In this document: piece after piece, positions 62,245-64,000 of the stretch
How the letters are laid out: each line of letters begins with the position of its first letter
Numbering within the stretch: position 1 is the first letter of the stretch
DNA from: Eledone cirrhosa
Lineage: Eukaryota
Direction of reading: 5' to 3'
Length of the DNA: 64,000 nt
Assembly: GCA_964016885.1 (NCBI GenBank)
Contig: OZ024743.1
Location: forward strand, 372,496,001-372,560,000
The notes under the pieces: generated by a model
Seen by the model: only the letters and a program-made list of their open reading frames with translations
Told to the model about the DNA's origin: nothing
Databases searched by the model: none
Translations under genes and position numbers: made by a program

Positions 62245-64000
62245 ATTTCTATTTATTTGCCACGAGGGCACAAAAGAAGGGGACATTTACACAGTGGGGG
62301 AGTTTACATAAATCGAGTAAAGAAAAAAGGAATAACAATAATAATATAACAATAAAAAGTCCTCAAAAGGGAGGGGGCGTGTTGGGGATTGCACATACCC
62401 CCGAAAAGTGTGCAACTCTTTTCGCGGGGGAAGCCCAGAGAGGAGGCGCTCCCCCTTTCCTCTTCACTTCTTCACCTACAGAACAATGTAGAGAGAAGGC
62501 CCATTTACACGGGCCATTCTCGCTTCTTTCACCCACCTTTCATAAAACTGTCTGGGACCAAGCACTTCTCTCTCCATCCTGATCCTTCTTCCGAAGTGGT
62601 ATCGGAAGAAGTAAACCAGGTGATGGCCGGAGAGAAAGTCACCCGACCTCAGACCTTTCAGGCGCGTCCACCACACAACCTCTTTCATCATGGCTATTAC
62701 GCACAGAAAGACCGCCTCTGCTTCATTTCTGAAGGGAGGAGGCGGCTTGATGTTCACCACAGACTCGGCGGTTAATCGAATCGGCGCCACACGCGACAGC
62801 AGTCGTTCGACGTAGCCCCACAGATCGGCAACGCCCGGGCAGTGTACCAGTGCATGCGCAACGGTTTCCTCGTCGCGCACGCATCTGGGACAGATCTTTT
62901 TCGCGGGATCCCTGCCCGGGCGCCCGTGTCTGTAGAGCTTTTCTCGAACGGGCAGAGCCCCCCGGTAACACTGCCAGGCTAGGGACCTCTGGAAGTTGTC
63001 CATGGGTCCCGGGCCGAAAGTTCTACCGAACAGGCTGGCCAGTTCGTCCTCCTCCATGCCTAGCGACTCTCCAAGGGTGTCGTCGCCCCTGCTAGCCACC
63101 AACCCTCTATAGAATGTCGAGGTGGATTCTCCACTGACAGTCGGGTCCGCTTGCCAGATAGCCGTGAGCGCCTGGGCACACTCGGTGTGCCAGTTGCCCA
63201 GTTTTCTCGGTCTTTGCTTCACCCAGGATTGCAGTTCGGTGAGCGAGACGAGCTGTGGGAAGGCTCGCCTCACAAACGGGGCCCACACCGGCTGACCGTT
63301 GAGGAATACCTGTAGATGCCGTAGCCTCAATGCGTGCCTACGCATCAACAGCCACGGCATACCCAGCCCTCCTTTCGAAGGGTGCTGGCAGCAGATGGAT
63401 CTCCTCACCATGGGAGGCCGCTTCTTCCAGAGGAACTGGAAGAGCATGCGTTCCATGATGGTGAGCTTTTCCTTGGGGCAAGGCACGACGGTCAGGCGGT
63501 AGTAGATGACGGACGCTATGTAAGCGTTCGTCACCTCCGCCCGACCTTTCAGTGATAGTTTGCACTTGGCCCACTTCTGGGTCAGCGCAAATACCCTGCT
63601 CGTCACCTCGCCCCAATTCTTCTCCACCTGGAGGTCCGGTCCGAACCAGACCCCGAGCAGCTTCACCGGGCCCTCCGTCCACCGCCCGACGACACCGTCT
63701 AACGGCATCGGTTTGCCCCTCCACGTTCCGAGTTGCAAACCGACTGACTTGTCCTGGTTCAGCTTAGCCCCCGTCAGCCTTTCGTATTCCTCCAGTAGGG
63801 TGGCGATCGCCCCGATTTCCGAGGCGTCCGCCACCATTACTGTTACGTCGTCGGCATAGGCCGAGACCGCTTTGTGCAATCCCGGTTCCAGGGGTATGCC
63901 CCGCAGCAACTCCAACTTCCGCAGCAGTGGCTCGAGAGTCAATACGTACAGAAGGGAGGAGAGGGGGCACCCCTGTCTGATGGATCGGGTGATTTGAAAC
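62243..64000 (-). mobile_element. Tx1-like LINE continuing beyond the right edge
   Basis: 3' UTR plus an uninterrupted ORF2 C-terminal half, adjoining the (GATA)n tract at 62196-62242. Confidence 0.93.
62476..63999 (-). CDS. Tx1-like ORF2, C-terminal ~507 codons, open to the window edge
   Basis: FQITRSIRQGCPLSSLLYVL...YADD...KLLG...GGLG...CPRC..ETVAHALVHC with no stop until 62476. Confidence 0.85.
   Translation of the reverse strand, partial: FQITRSIRQGCPLSSLLYVLTLEPLLRKLELLRGIPLEPGLHKAVSAYADDVTVMVADASEIGAIATLLEEYERLTGAKLNQDKSVGLQLGTWRGKPMPLDGVVGRWTEGPVKLLGVWFGPDLQVEKNWGEVTSRVFALTQKWAKCKLSLKGRAEVTNAYIASVIYYRLTVVPCPKEKLTIMERMLFQFLWKKRPPMVRRSICCQHPSKGGLGMPWLLMRRHALRLRHLQVFLNGQPVWAPFVRRAFPQLVSLTELQSWVKQRPRKLGNWHTECAQALTAIWQADPTVSGESTSTFYRGLVASRGDDTLGESLGMEEDELASLFGRTFGPGPMDNFQRSLAWQCYRGALPVREKLYRHGRPGRDPAKKICPRCVRDEETVAHALVHCPGVADLWGYVERLLSRVAPIRLTAESVVNIKPPPPFRNEAEAVFLCVIAMMKEVVWWTRLKGLRSGDFLSGHHLVYFFRYHFGRRIRMEREVLGPRQFYERWVKEARMARVNGPSLYIVL

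Overview
AT-rich, repeat-dominated metazoan genomic DNA. The SINE, RTE and microsatellite content is most consistent with an octopod cephalopod; this is an inference. One host gene is visible: a two-exon METTL7/TMT1-like SAM-dependent methyltransferase (+ strand, CDS 7457-8044 and 36393-36626, about 273 aa) split by a 28.3-kb intron packed with transposable elements. The rest comprises an 18-bp minisatellite, several RTE-clade LINE families with a C4HC3 PHD-like finger inside the RT, two tRNA-headed SINE families, a decayed Helitron, Penelope-like GIY-YIG remnants, CR1 fragments, piggyBac/hAT/mariner-type MITEs, and an array of at least six co-oriented Tx1-like LINEs joined by (GATA)n tracts (52.3-64 kb). 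The most notable observations are the (GATA)n-linked Tx1 array, minimal hammerhead-ribozyme cores, a ~460-bp inverted duplication in the intron, a 95-bp tandem array of histone-stem-loop-like hairpins, and (TA)n-flanked cassettes with a shared leader and a variable hairpin. Coordinates were read by eye, so repeat boundaries may be off by some bases.
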